NCBI GenBank assembly: GCA_043801585.1
Contig: JAZDLX010000024.1
Span: forward strand, 1-15,631
Source of the DNA: a bacterium
Lineage (GTDB): Bacteria > Electryoneota > Electryoneia > Electryoneales > Electryoneaceae
Length of the DNA: 15,631 nucleotides
Direction: 5' to 3'
The notes beneath the pieces are model-generated. The model saw only the letters and a program-made list of their open reading frames with translations. It did not search any database and was not told the DNA's origin. The position numbers and the translations under genes were made by a program. This document shows, piece after piece, positions 1-7,886 of the stretch. Each line of letters opens with the position of its first letter. Position 1 is the stretch's first letter.

Positions 1-231
1 ACCGAAGTGATCCCCATGGGCGTGCGAAAGGACCACCGCTTCAACACTCGCCGGGTCCACACCCAGTTTTCGCATGTTCTCCCGAACGACCTCACTGCCA
101 CCTGTGTCGAACAGCAGACGATGCCCACCTGCCTCGACCAGGCAGGAGAACCCCCATTCCGCAACGAGCCCCTCCAACGCAGGCTGTACGTTGTCGTAAA
201 GGACTGTCAGACGGATATCCTTCATTTCCAT
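1..231 (-). CDS. MBL-fold metallo-hydrolase (COG1237-like), 5' portion; runs off the left edge
   Basis: Manual translation of the - strand from ATG at 231: MEMKDIRLTVLYDNVQPALEGLVAEWGFSCLVEAGGHRLLFDTGGSEVVRENMRKLGVDPASVEAVVLSHAHGDHFG. It shows TVLYDN, EWGFS, LFDTG and the HxHxDH metal motif, with a G-rich RBS upstream. Not in the ORF track because there is no stop in the window. Confidence 0.92.
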   Translation of the reverse strand, partial: MEMKDIRLTVLYDNVQPALEGLVAEWGFSCLVEAGGHRLLFDTGGSEVVRENMRKLGVDPASVEAVVLSHAHGDHFG

Positions 232-520
232 GGCATCCCCCCCAGCGGCATACCCCACAAAACAGAATAGCGAGATGAGGATTTCCGCGTGGAGTGCCCT
301 GACCGTGGAATTGAATCCCATCACGCCTCCATCTGAATCTTTTGCCGACTCCATCTCGTTGAAGATGGCGAACACGGATCAGGAACCACAACTCCTGAAA
401 GCCCTGTCCTCCGCCCTACCATCCCGGCGTCACCCTTCGTATCTTGGGGTGAACTTTTGTGCAGGCCGCCCCGTGTGGATACCACGATGCGGCAACGATT
501 CTGTTCAACCCGGTTCCGAT

Positions 521-3500
521 GTGACTCACAAGCAAAAGCACAAACCGATTCCAACAACCGACCTGAAGTTGAGTGATTTCCTCACCCGGCTGGAGTCCGA
601 CGACCGTTTCGCCCGCGAGATCGCGCACCACGAGGTGATCGAGGGTCTCCCCGCACGGTACGCTCCTCTCGACCCACAGCTCCCCGAGGGGTTGGCCAAC
701 GCGCTCCGCGCCGAGGGGATCGAGGGACTCTACACACACCAGGTGGAGGCGATCCGTCTCGCCCGCGAGGGCAAGCACGTCGTCAGCGTCACCCCCACCG
801 CCAGCGGCAAGTCCCTCTCTTTCCTGCTTCCTATCCTCGAGGCGCTGCAAGCCGATCCTCAGTCCCGCGCCCTGCTGCTCTTCCCGATCAAGGCGCTCGC
901 ACAGGACCAGTTCAAACACATCCGTGATCTGCTCGCAGCCGCCGGAATGGGCGAAGTCCGCATCGAGATCTACGACGGCGACACACCCGCCCACCACCGG
1001 GCGAAGATCCGCCAGAATCCTCCGCAAATTCTGCTGACCAATCCGGACATGATTCATCACGGCATCCTTCCGTTCCACCAGCAGTGGGAGGGACTGCTCG
1101 AGAACCTGAAATTCGTCGTCGTCGATGAGCTTCACGGGTACAAGGGAATTTTCGGGTCGCACGTACTCCAGGTGCTTCACCGCCTGCGCCGTGTGGCGGC
1201 GTTCCACCGCAGCCGACCACAGTTCCTCGCCGCTTCAGCAACGATTGCCAATCCCGGCGAATTGGCCTACGAATTGACGGGGCTCCCCTTCGAGGTCGTC
1301 GAAGCGTCGGGCGCCGCACGAGCCGCACGCCATTTTCTTTTCATGAATCCGACCGCCAGTTTGTACACGACTGCGGTCAAACTGCTTACCGATTCCGTAC
1401 ACACCGGATTGAAGACCATTGTTTTCACCAAGGCGCGGAAAATGACTGAACTGATCCACAACTGGACGATTCAGTCCGCGCCGGAGCTGGCGGGAAGGAT
1501 CAGCGCCTACCGCGCCGGGTATCTCCCCAGCGAACGGCGCGAGATCGAAAAGGCGTTGCAGAGCGGCGAGCTGGACGGTGTCATCGCCACGAGCGCCCTC
1601 GAGATGGGGATCGACATTGGGGGACTGGACGTTGCGGTGCTGGTCGGCTATCCCGGTTCCATCTCGGCAACGTGGCAGCGAGGGGGTCGGGCCGGACGAC
1701 GCGACCGTGACTCAGCGATTTTCCTGCTCGCCCTCCCCGACGCGCTGGACCAGTATTTCATGCGTCACCCGTCGGATTTCTTTGCCCGTCCCGTCGAGGC
1801 AGCCGTTGTCGATGCCGGAAACCCGTTCCTGCTGAGAAGCCACCTGCTTTGCGCCGCGCAGGAACTCCCGCTACGTCTCGACGATCCGACCTGGCCGAAA
1901 TCGATCAGCGAACCGGCGATCCGGGAACTTGCGCGTGACGGCGAACTGCTGGAGGCGGCGGGCGGAGCGGTGTTCTTCCCGAAAGCAAAACAGCCACAGC
2001 GCAATGTGGACATCCGTGGGGGAGGCGACACCTTCAGCATCTTCGAAGAAACATCGCATAAACTGATTGGCAAGGTCAGCGGCTGGCAGGCGTTGACCGA
2101 GTGCCACGAGGGCGCGATCTATCTTCACCACGGGCAGTCATTCCTCGTCGACCGGCTCGATCTGGCGACAAATGAGGTGTTCGTCCGCAGGGCGAACGTC
2201 GCCTACTACACCCAGGCGAGGACCAGCAAGGACACCGAGATCCTCGAGGTCTACGACTCACGGGAGAATGACCGCTACCGCCTCTTCCTCGGCAAGCTGC
2301 ATGTCACCGAAACAGTGACAGGATACGAAAAGCGCTCGACTGCATCCCGCGAGAAACTGTCCGAGCACGAGCTGGATCTGCCGCCCTTGGCGTACGACAC
2401 GATCGGGACGTGGTTCATGCCGACCGACGAGGCGATTGCGGGACTGCTCGAGGAGAAGCGTCACCCGATGGGATCGCTCCACGCCGCCGAGCACGCCAGC
2501 CTGGCGCTGCTTCCTCTCTTCGCCCTCTGCGACCGGAATGACCTGGGCGGGATCTCGTTCACCCGTCACGTACAAGCGGGCGGGGCGGCGGTGTTCCTCT
2601 ACGACGGCCATCCGGGCGGAGTCGGACTCGCCAACCGCGCCTACAAGGTGATGGACGAACTGCTGGAGCGTGTGCTGCATCTCATCGAGGAGTGCGAATG
2701 CGAGGAGGGATGCCCAAGCTGCATCCACTCCCCGAAATGTGGCAACGGGAATCAACCCCTCGACAAGGCGGGTTCGATCCGCCTGCTTCAGCACCTCACC
2801 GGAGGTGCGGAACTGATGGGCGATACAGCGATGTACAGGCAGGAGTTTCCCGAAGGGCATCATGCACAGACGGAATCCTTTGGAACCCTGCTGACGGGGC
2901 AGCCGGGCCACTTGGGAATTGGAACCACTGTTTACGTTTCGAAATTGCCCCTCACTAAAGGGCGAGACATTGTTGTGTTCGATCTGGAGACCCAGCTATC
3001 CGCCGAAGAGGTCGGCGGCTGGCACAACGCCCACTTGATGAAACTGGCCCTCGCGGTCACCTATGAACGGCGCAGCGACACCTTTGCCACCTGGTATGAG
3101 AAAGACGCTGAGGAGTTGGTCCACCGTCTTGCGAAGGCGGAACTGGTCGTCGGGTACAATCACAAGAAATTCGACTACGCCGTGCTCATCCCCTACGTCC
3201 CTTTCGATAAAGACGGAATCCCCATCGTGGACTTCCGCGCCCTCCCCTCCCTCGACCTGCTCGAAGAACTGACTTCTTCAAACGGCTTTCGTGCGAAACT
3301 GGCGGATGTTGCCGCGGCGACCGTCGGTGCGACGAAAACCGCCGATGGGCTGCAATCCCTCCAGTGGTGGAAGGAAGGCAAGGTCGATCTGATCGAGGAG
3401 TATTGCCGGATGGATGTCAAGCTCACCGCACAGCTCTTCGACCACGCCCTCGAGCACGGCCATGTGCTGCTCGACAGGAAGGATCAGGGCGTTGTGCGCG

Positions 3501-3538
3501 TTCCGCTGGTGCTGCCGCTGGAGAAATTACTTGCCTGA
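521..3538 (+). CDS. Hrq1/MrfA(YprA)/SftH-like SF2 DExH helicase with DUF1998 Cys cluster, fused to a C-terminal RNase_H_2/YprB(MrfB)-like DEDDy 3'-5' exonuclease
   Basis: Q motif LYTHQ, Walker A TPTASGKS, YDGDT, TNPDM, DELH, motif III SAT, ATSALEMGIDIG, motif VI QRGGRAGR; DUF1998 cysteines LC...CECEEGCPSC; exonuclease motifs FDLETQ, GYNHKKFD, YCRMD. The start is uncertain (GTG 521 or TTG 569); the ORF-track extension from 230 is probably not translated. Confidence 0.93.
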   Translation: MTHKQKHKPIPTTDLKLSDFLTRLESDDRFAREIAHHEVIEGLPARYAPLDPQLPEGLANALRAEGIEGLYTHQVEAIRLAREGKHVVSVTPTASGKSLSFLLPILEALQADPQSRALLLFPIKALAQDQFKHIRDLLAAAGMGEVRIEIYDGDTPAHHRAKIRQNPPQILLTNPDMIHHGILPFHQQWEGLLENLKFVVVDELHGYKGIFGSHVLQVLHRLRRVAAFHRSRPQFLAASATIANPGELAYELTGLPFEVVEASGAARAARHFLFMNPTASLYTTAVKLLTDSVHTGLKTIVFTKARKMTELIHNWTIQSAPELAGRISAYRAGYLPSERREIEKALQSGELDGVIATSALEMGIDIGGLDVAVLVGYPGSISATWQRGGRAGRRDRDSAIFLLALPDALDQYFMRHPSDFFARPVEAAVVDAGNPFLLRSHLLCAAQELPLRLDDPTWPKSISEPAIRELARDGELLEAAGGAVFFPKAKQPQRNVDIRGGGDTFSIFEETSHKLIGKVSGWQALTECHEGAIYLHHGQSFLVDRLDLATNEVFVRRANVAYYTQARTSKDTEILEVYDSRENDRYRLFLGKLHVTETVTGYEKRSTASREKLSEHELDLPPLAYDTIGTWFMPTDEAIAGLLEEKRHPMGSLHAAEHASLALLPLFALCDRNDLGGISFTRHVQAGGAAVFLYDGHPGGVGLANRAYKVMDELLERVLHLIEECECEEGCPSCIHSPKCGNGNQPLDKAGSIRLLQHLTGGAELMGDTAMYRQEFPEGHHAQTESFGTLLTGQPGHLGIGTTVYVSKLPLTKGRDIVVFDLETQLSAEEVGGWHNAHLMKLALAVTYERRSDTFATWYEKDAEELVHRLAKAELVVGYNHKKFDYAVLIPYVPFDKDGIPIVDFRALPSLDLLEELTSSNGFRAKLADVAAATVGATKTADGLQSLQWWKEGKVDLIEEYCRMDVKLTAQLFDHALEHGHVLLDRKDQGVVRVPLVLPLEKLLA

Positions 3539-3552
3539 CTGAAACACCTCGG

Positions 3553-3691
3553 AACAGGATGCACAGGATCAATAAGAACTCGAACGGCTTGAAACAGGAT
3601 GTACAGGATCGGCAGGATGGGCAAAACCTCGTTCCCCAAGAATTGAATCTTTCTTATCCTTTCCATCCTGTGAATCCTGTCCATCCTGTTT
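3553..3691. repeat. Inverted array of CAGGAT units with 9-nt periodicity (REP-like) between convergent genes
   Basis: AACAGGATGCACAGGAT (3553-3569) and AAACAGGATGTACAGGATCGGCAGGATGG (3592-3620), versus CCATCCTGTGAATCCTGTCCATCCTGTTT (3663-3691), which matches the reverse complement of the 3592-3620 arm at 25/29 positions. Confidence 0.85.
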
Positions 3692-3707
3692 ATTCTGTTT
3701 CCACTAT

Positions 3708-4922
3708 TCATTTCCTCGAGAATCTCGGCGACAGGACAACCAACAACAGGGATGCGACCAGTGCAAGGGAGGCGCTGGTGAGGAATGCCGCCTTGCCGCT
3801 GACGGCTTCGTAGAGCAAACCAAAAAGAATACTCGCCGGGAGGGTCATCAGGCCGAGAGTCATGTGGTACCAGCCGAAGGCGGTGCCGCGCAATCCACCC
3901 GGTGCGATCTGGGCGATCAACGCTTTCTCGCTCCCTTCGGTGAGGCCGTAGTAGAGGCCATAGGCCAGAAACAACACGGTCACCTGTGTTGTCCCGACGG
4001 CAAAGGCGAATCCGGCGTAAATCGCGGCGTAGAACAGCCAGCCAAGCGCAATCGTCCGCCTTCTCCCCCACCTGTCCGCGAGCGCTCCGCCGGGCACCAC
4101 CGAGACCATCTTGACAATGTGCAGGCCGACCCAGAGCAGAGGCATGCCGTAGAGCGGAGTCTTTTCCGCACCCGCTTTGTAGAGCAGAAAAATGTCGCTG
4201 GCATTGCCGAGGGTGAAAAGTGCGAGCGGCAACAGGAAACGGGCGAGTGTGGACCGTGACAGGGGTTGTAAATCGGTTCCGACCTTCGCCTCTGAAACGC
4301 TGATGGAATCCTCCCTACTCGGCATTTCCCCGATCCTTTTCTCCCGCACACCAATCAGCACCGCCAACACGGCGAGTGCTCCGGGGATTGCGGTCAGGGC
4401 GAAGACGAGCCGGAGATTATTCCGGGAGAGGGCGAGAATGCCGAGTGCGATCAGAGGTCCAAGCACAGCGCCGGCATGATCCATCGCACGGTGAAATCCG
4501 AATGCCGCCCCGCGGTTCTCCTCGGGCACCGACGCAGCAAGCAGCGAATCACGGGGACTCGTGCGCAATCCCTTGCCAACCCGGTCGGCGACACGAATCC
4601 CCAAAACATGAAAGGGAGAGGTTGCCAGGGCGAGGAACGGGCGGACGACTGATGCGAGTCCATACCCGCCGAGGACAAAAGGCCGATGCCGTCCCGTTTT
4701 GTCCGACCAGATGCCCGAGAGATATTTCAGCAGAGCCGCGACAGCATCCGCAGCCCCTTCGATCCATCCCAACGCCAGTGGTCCCGCAGCGAGAACCACG
4801 GTGATGAATGCCGGGAGAAGAGGGATCGCCATTTCGGTTGCGGTGTCGGTGAATAGACTGACGACGCCGAGGGCGATCACATTTCGTGTAATCCAGGAGG
4901 CGCGGGATCTGCGAGCAGCCAT
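3708..4922 (-). CDS. MFS transporter (about 404 aa)
   Basis: Multiple hydrophobic segments; MFS motif A twice (GIWSDKTGRHR, GALADRWGRRR); DRVGKGLRTSPRD and AFGFHRAMD motifs; ATG at 4922 preceded by GGAGA. Confidence 0.93.
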   Translation of the reverse strand: MAARRSRASWITRNVIALGVVSLFTDTATEMAIPLLPAFITVVLAAGPLALGWIEGAADAVAALLKYLSGIWSDKTGRHRPFVLGGYGLASVVRPFLALATSPFHVLGIRVADRVGKGLRTSPRDSLLAASVPEENRGAAFGFHRAMDHAGAVLGPLIALGILALSRNNLRLVFALTAIPGALAVLAVLIGVREKRIGEMPSREDSISVSEAKVGTDLQPLSRSTLARFLLPLALFTLGNASDIFLLYKAGAEKTPLYGMPLLWVGLHIVKMVSVVPGGALADRWGRRRTIALGWLFYAAIYAGFAFAVGTTQVTVLFLAYGLYYGLTEGSEKALIAQIAPGGLRGTAFGWYHMTLGLMTLPASILFGLLYEAVSGKAAFLTSASLALVASLLLVVLSPRFSRK

Positions 4923-4960
4923 TGGGAGATCTCCAATTTGATCCCGTAAATCTAACGCAG

Positions 4961-5003
4961 AAAAAGGACAGTTTTTCGTTTCCACAGGAAAAGGCAACTG
5001 TCC
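4961..5003 (-). terminator. Possible intrinsic terminator after the 368-aa gene
   Basis: GGACAGTT (4966-4973) / AACTGTCC (4996-5003) stem followed by TTTTT on the - strand, just after the stop at 5012. Confidence 0.45.
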
Positions 5004-5011
5004 CAAGACGG

Positions 5012-6118
5012 TTAGAAATTGATCACGAAATCCACCCAGGGAACGCCAAGAAAGTTCATTTCAGAGTTGCGCAGAAGAGCAAAATCCGCCGCCATACGCC
5101 TCCCAAACCAGCGGATTCCCAGGGAAAACATCACACTGTTCAACCCCGAAGTATCATCAAGATTCGGCGGCAACCAATTTTCGCTAATCAGCTTTGTGTT
5201 GAGGCCGATCCGGTATTCACCGCCGACAACGACGATGGGACGATCCGAGAATTTGCCGTTCTCGAGACCGTACCCGAACCCAAGAGTCACTGCGGCATCC
5301 GGTTTTCCCCACGTGCCGACGCCGTAGATAAGATTGACGTTGCTCGAGGAGGAATCCGTATTTGCAAAGAACGAGAGAGTACCCACCGCAAAAGCCTTGG
5401 TGGGAGTTTCAATCAGACCGATCTTGGGTGTCAGCCACGCCAGGAAAAAATCGGCATTCGAGAACGGAAACAGGCCCCCTCCAATGGTGACATTGTTTCC
5501 GATGCTATAGTTGATATCGGGGAAGACGGCCTCGTATACGGCAAAATAGCCGTCTCCTTTCTTCAGACTGCGGCCTGTGGGGGCAAAGAATAAACGGGTA
5601 GTGTTAGGATCCTCCCGCTGAATTCGCTCCCCGTCCCCTTTCCGGGCCATCATGGTAGTCGCCCGTGTCACCTCGACTGCGGGAATGTCAAGATCACCGT
5701 ATGGGGTGCTCATCTTGACCGTCCAGCCATCCCACTTGACAAAACGACCTGTAATTCCTTCCATCTGTTTCAATTCGAGTTCGCAGGGAATCCCCTCGAG
5801 CGCGCCCTGCTCACGCTGTGCAATCAGATCGCTGAGAATGGGAACAAGGGACTGATGAATCCGCAGGGTATCGATGTCGGATGGTGAATGTTGAATCAGC
5901 AGGAAATTCCATTTCAAGGATGTCGGATCGCGAACCAGGTGCAGGAATTCGACTTTCTCGCCGGGAAAGAGGCCGAGTGCTTTCACCTCGGTTGAATCGA
6001 AAGAACTCCCCACCTCGAACCTGGGTGCAGCGTCGGTACTCATCGGAATGGTCTGGGTCAGTACAATGGCTAGAAAAGCAGGAAAGAGATGCCGGGACCA
6101 TTCATACGTCTTGTTCAT
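5012..6118 (-). CDS. Hypothetical exported protein with probable C-terminal outer-membrane beta-barrel
   Basis: Strong RBS GGAGGT; signal-peptide-like N-terminus; C-terminal half rich in Gly/aromatic alternating strands (starting DPNTTRLFFAPTGRSL) and ending WVDFVINF with a terminal Phe. Confidence 0.8.
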   Translation of the reverse strand: MNKTYEWSRHLFPAFLAIVLTQTIPMSTDAAPRFEVGSSFDSTEVKALGLFPGEKVEFLHLVRDPTSLKWNFLLIQHSPSDIDTLRIHQSLVPILSDLIAQREQGALEGIPCELELKQMEGITGRFVKWDGWTVKMSTPYGDLDIPAVEVTRATTMMARKGDGERIQREDPNTTRLFFAPTGRSLKKGDGYFAVYEAVFPDINYSIGNNVTIGGGLFPFSNADFFLAWLTPKIGLIETPTKAFAVGTLSFFANTDSSSSNVNLIYGVGTWGKPDAAVTLGFGYGLENGKFSDRPIVVVGGEYRIGLNTKLISENWLPPNLDDTSGLNSVMFSLGIRWFGRRMAADFALLRNSEMNFLGVPWVDFVINF

Positions 6119-6273
6119 GGCCCACCTCCATTAAGACCCCGGTAAATTCGCTATCCTGTAATCGTACATCAAGCAAAATATGGAAATCCGTCAAAACGTT
6201 TATAAACAGCCCCTCTTGACGAGCTTACGCCGTCGGAGAAGGGTATGTCGGCCTGCAATTCTTGAAGTTGCGA

Positions 6274-6461
6274 TCAGACTGCTGTTTCCTCCACCTGCTG
6301 GAACGCTGAACAGGACATGGTACAATCGCCGCCTTTCGACAGAGGTCCGCGTCCACCGTCGGGGCGGCTAATTCCTCCTGACGAGTCGCATTCACCGGAC
6401 ACATCCTGACAACCGGGTAAGGATAATTCTGTGGGCAGAGTTGAGGCAACACCTGGTCCAT
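6274..6461 (-). pseudogene. Degenerate small 4Fe-4S ferredoxin-like gene (frameshift plus lost Cys ligands)
   Basis: RBS GAGAGG then MDQVLPQLCPQNYPYPVVRMCPVNATRQEELAAPTVDADLC; after a 1-nt frameshift near 6337-6338 it continues KGGDCTMSCSAFQQVEETAV* (TGA at 6274-6276). This matches the remembered pattern CPQNHxCPxVxxCPxxAxxQ...APxVDxxxCxxCGxCxxxC. Length 188 nt is 63 codons minus 1. Confidence 0.75.
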
Positions 6462-6597
6462 CGTGAACGCCTCTCGTTAACCATATCGTGCTGCGTTTCA
6501 GTTTGAATGTTCCGAGCAGGCCGGAGTTGCGATGGCAGGGGAGTTGAACAATGATCCTGTGGGGGTGCTTTAGTCACCTTCAACCAGGGCGCCAAGG

Positions 6598-7767
6598 TCA
6601 CGGCGTCTGCTGAAGCAACCTCGCAGTTCCCTCCGGGTCTGTGATCCCTTCGGTCAGAAAAACCAGGGCGGTCGAAGTTGGCGTCACTCCGAGACGCTTA
6701 CGAAGGGAATCGAGGGCCGGGTCCTTCATCAACGCCCACAAGCCTGCCAGCGAAGCTGCTCCGCTCTCCCCAACCGGCAGGTCGAGTCCATGGAGACGGC
6801 GAAGCGCCCGGATCGCCCACACATCGTCAATCGCAATCGCCGCATCCACCCCTCGCAGCAGTGGGTCGAGGATACCGAGACCCAGGGTGCCGCAATTGAG
6901 TCCCGCCATCACTGTTTCAGCCGGTCCAACGACGCTGACACTCCTGCGAGCGGCGAGTGATTCGAGGGCGCATTCCGCGCCCAACGGCTCCACGGTGACA
7001 ATGCGCGTTGTACCGCCATTACCCGGATATCGCAGGTGACGAACGACTGTGCCGAGCAATGCACCGACGCCGAATGGAACGATGACCAGATCCGGCCAGG
7101 ATTGGTGCTCCCGCTCGAGCGCAGCATCGATCTCGCGCAGGATGGTTACGTACCCCTCGACGATCAAGGCCGGAATTTCTTCATAACCAGGCCATGAGGT
7201 GTCCTGGACCAGCCATGCCTCCTCTCCTGAGGCCGCATCTTCCGCAGCCCGAACGGTATCGTCATAGGAGCCGTCGATCACCGTCACCTCGGCCCCCTCG
7301 CCCCGTATCGCTTCGATGCGGGCGTCAACCGTCCCCAGCGGCATGAACACCCGCGCCCGCCAATGCAGCCATTTTGCGATTCGGGCGACACCACGGCCGT
7401 GATTGCCGTCTGTGGCGGTTACAAGTGTCCGATGGCCGATTGTGGCGGTACGGACGGCGAGATCGTCGACCGTTGTCCACGGTTCGAGCGGAACCGACAG
7501 CTGTTCGCATTCACGTCTGATCAGCTGATAGATAGCCCAGGATGATCCGACAACTTTGAACGCAGGCAATCCGAAGCGCTCGCGCTCATCTTTCGCCCAA
7601 ACGCCAGCCGGACCAAGTTCATCCGCGATTTCCAGCAGTTTCAGCAGTGAGGTTTCGACATACCCGGGCAACCGGCGATGCACATTCCACGGCTCGCCGG
7701 ATAGCTCCTGCTGCGGCCATCCATTCCTTTCAACGCTGGAGTTCAGAACTTGCCGGCTTGCTTTCAC
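6598..7767 (-). CDS. dpaL: Diaminopropionate ammonia-lyase (PLP-dependent, fold type II)
   Basis: KDERERFGLPAFK (PLP lysine), ATDGNHGRGVA, QDTSWPGY, GVG phosphate loop, MAGLNCG, GESGAA, TEGITDP; GTG start with GGAGAA RBS. Confidence 0.88.
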   Translation of the reverse strand: MKASRQVLNSSVERNGWPQQELSGEPWNVHRRLPGYVETSLLKLLEIADELGPAGVWAKDERERFGLPAFKVVGSSWAIYQLIRRECEQLSVPLEPWTTVDDLAVRTATIGHRTLVTATDGNHGRGVARIAKWLHWRARVFMPLGTVDARIEAIRGEGAEVTVIDGSYDDTVRAAEDAASGEEAWLVQDTSWPGYEEIPALIVEGYVTILREIDAALEREHQSWPDLVIVPFGVGALLGTVVRHLRYPGNGGTTRIVTVEPLGAECALESLAARRSVSVVGPAETVMAGLNCGTLGLGILDPLLRGVDAAIAIDDVWAIRALRRLHGLDLPVGESGAASLAGLWALMKDPALDSLRKRLGVTPTSTALVFLTEGITDPEGTARLLQQTP

Positions 7768-7783
7768 GGTTCTCCACTGTCAT

Positions 7784-7877
7784 GAAAATTCAGACAGTTT
7801 AAATATTCGTTTTGACAAATATGGCTCACATAGAGAACGTATGCACGAAATCGAATATTTAAACTGTCTGAATTTTC
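7784..7877. mobile_element. 94-bp AT-rich MITE-like element with perfect 26-bp terminal inverted repeats and a 3-bp flanking direct repeat (CAT)
   Basis: GAAAATTCAGACAGTTTAAATATTCG (7784-7809) is the exact reverse complement of CGAATATTTAAACTGTCTGAATTTTC (7852-7877); 42-bp spacer; CAT at 7781-7783 and 7878-7880. The repeat is certain; mobility is inferred. Confidence 0.55.
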
Positions 7878-7886
7878 CATAGAAAT

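Noticed and set aside
230..520. 97-aa N-terminal extension of the helicase ORF
   Set aside because: No recognisable domain, its ATG overlaps the start codon of the divergent MBL gene, and family-like sequence begins only near 560-600.
521..3538. DUF1998 helicase as part of an anti-phage system (DISARM, Druantia, Dpd)
   Set aside because: No methylase, PLD nuclease, SNF2 or other defence genes nearby; the architecture matches the MrfA/Hrq1 repair clade.
3553..3691. CRISPR array or coding repeat (ORFs 3364-3813 and 3484-4071)
   Set aside because: Units are 6-9 bp and inverted, with no unique 30-40 bp spacers and no cas genes; the ORFs merely read through the repeat and overlap real genes.
4923..5006. 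N-terminal extension of the MFS ORF
   Set aside because: ATG 4922 has an RBS, and the extension runs through a probable terminator hairpin.
6225..6461. Intact 78-aa protein as called in the ORF track
   Set aside because: The ferredoxin-like pattern continues in another frame after ~6338; the called C-terminus is out-of-frame read-through.
7810..7851. Invertible promoter or retron-like ncRNA
   Set aside because: TTGACA at 7812-7817 has no well-spaced -10, the spacer is very short for inversion, and no recombinase or reverse transcriptase is in the window; kept only as a minor alternative.
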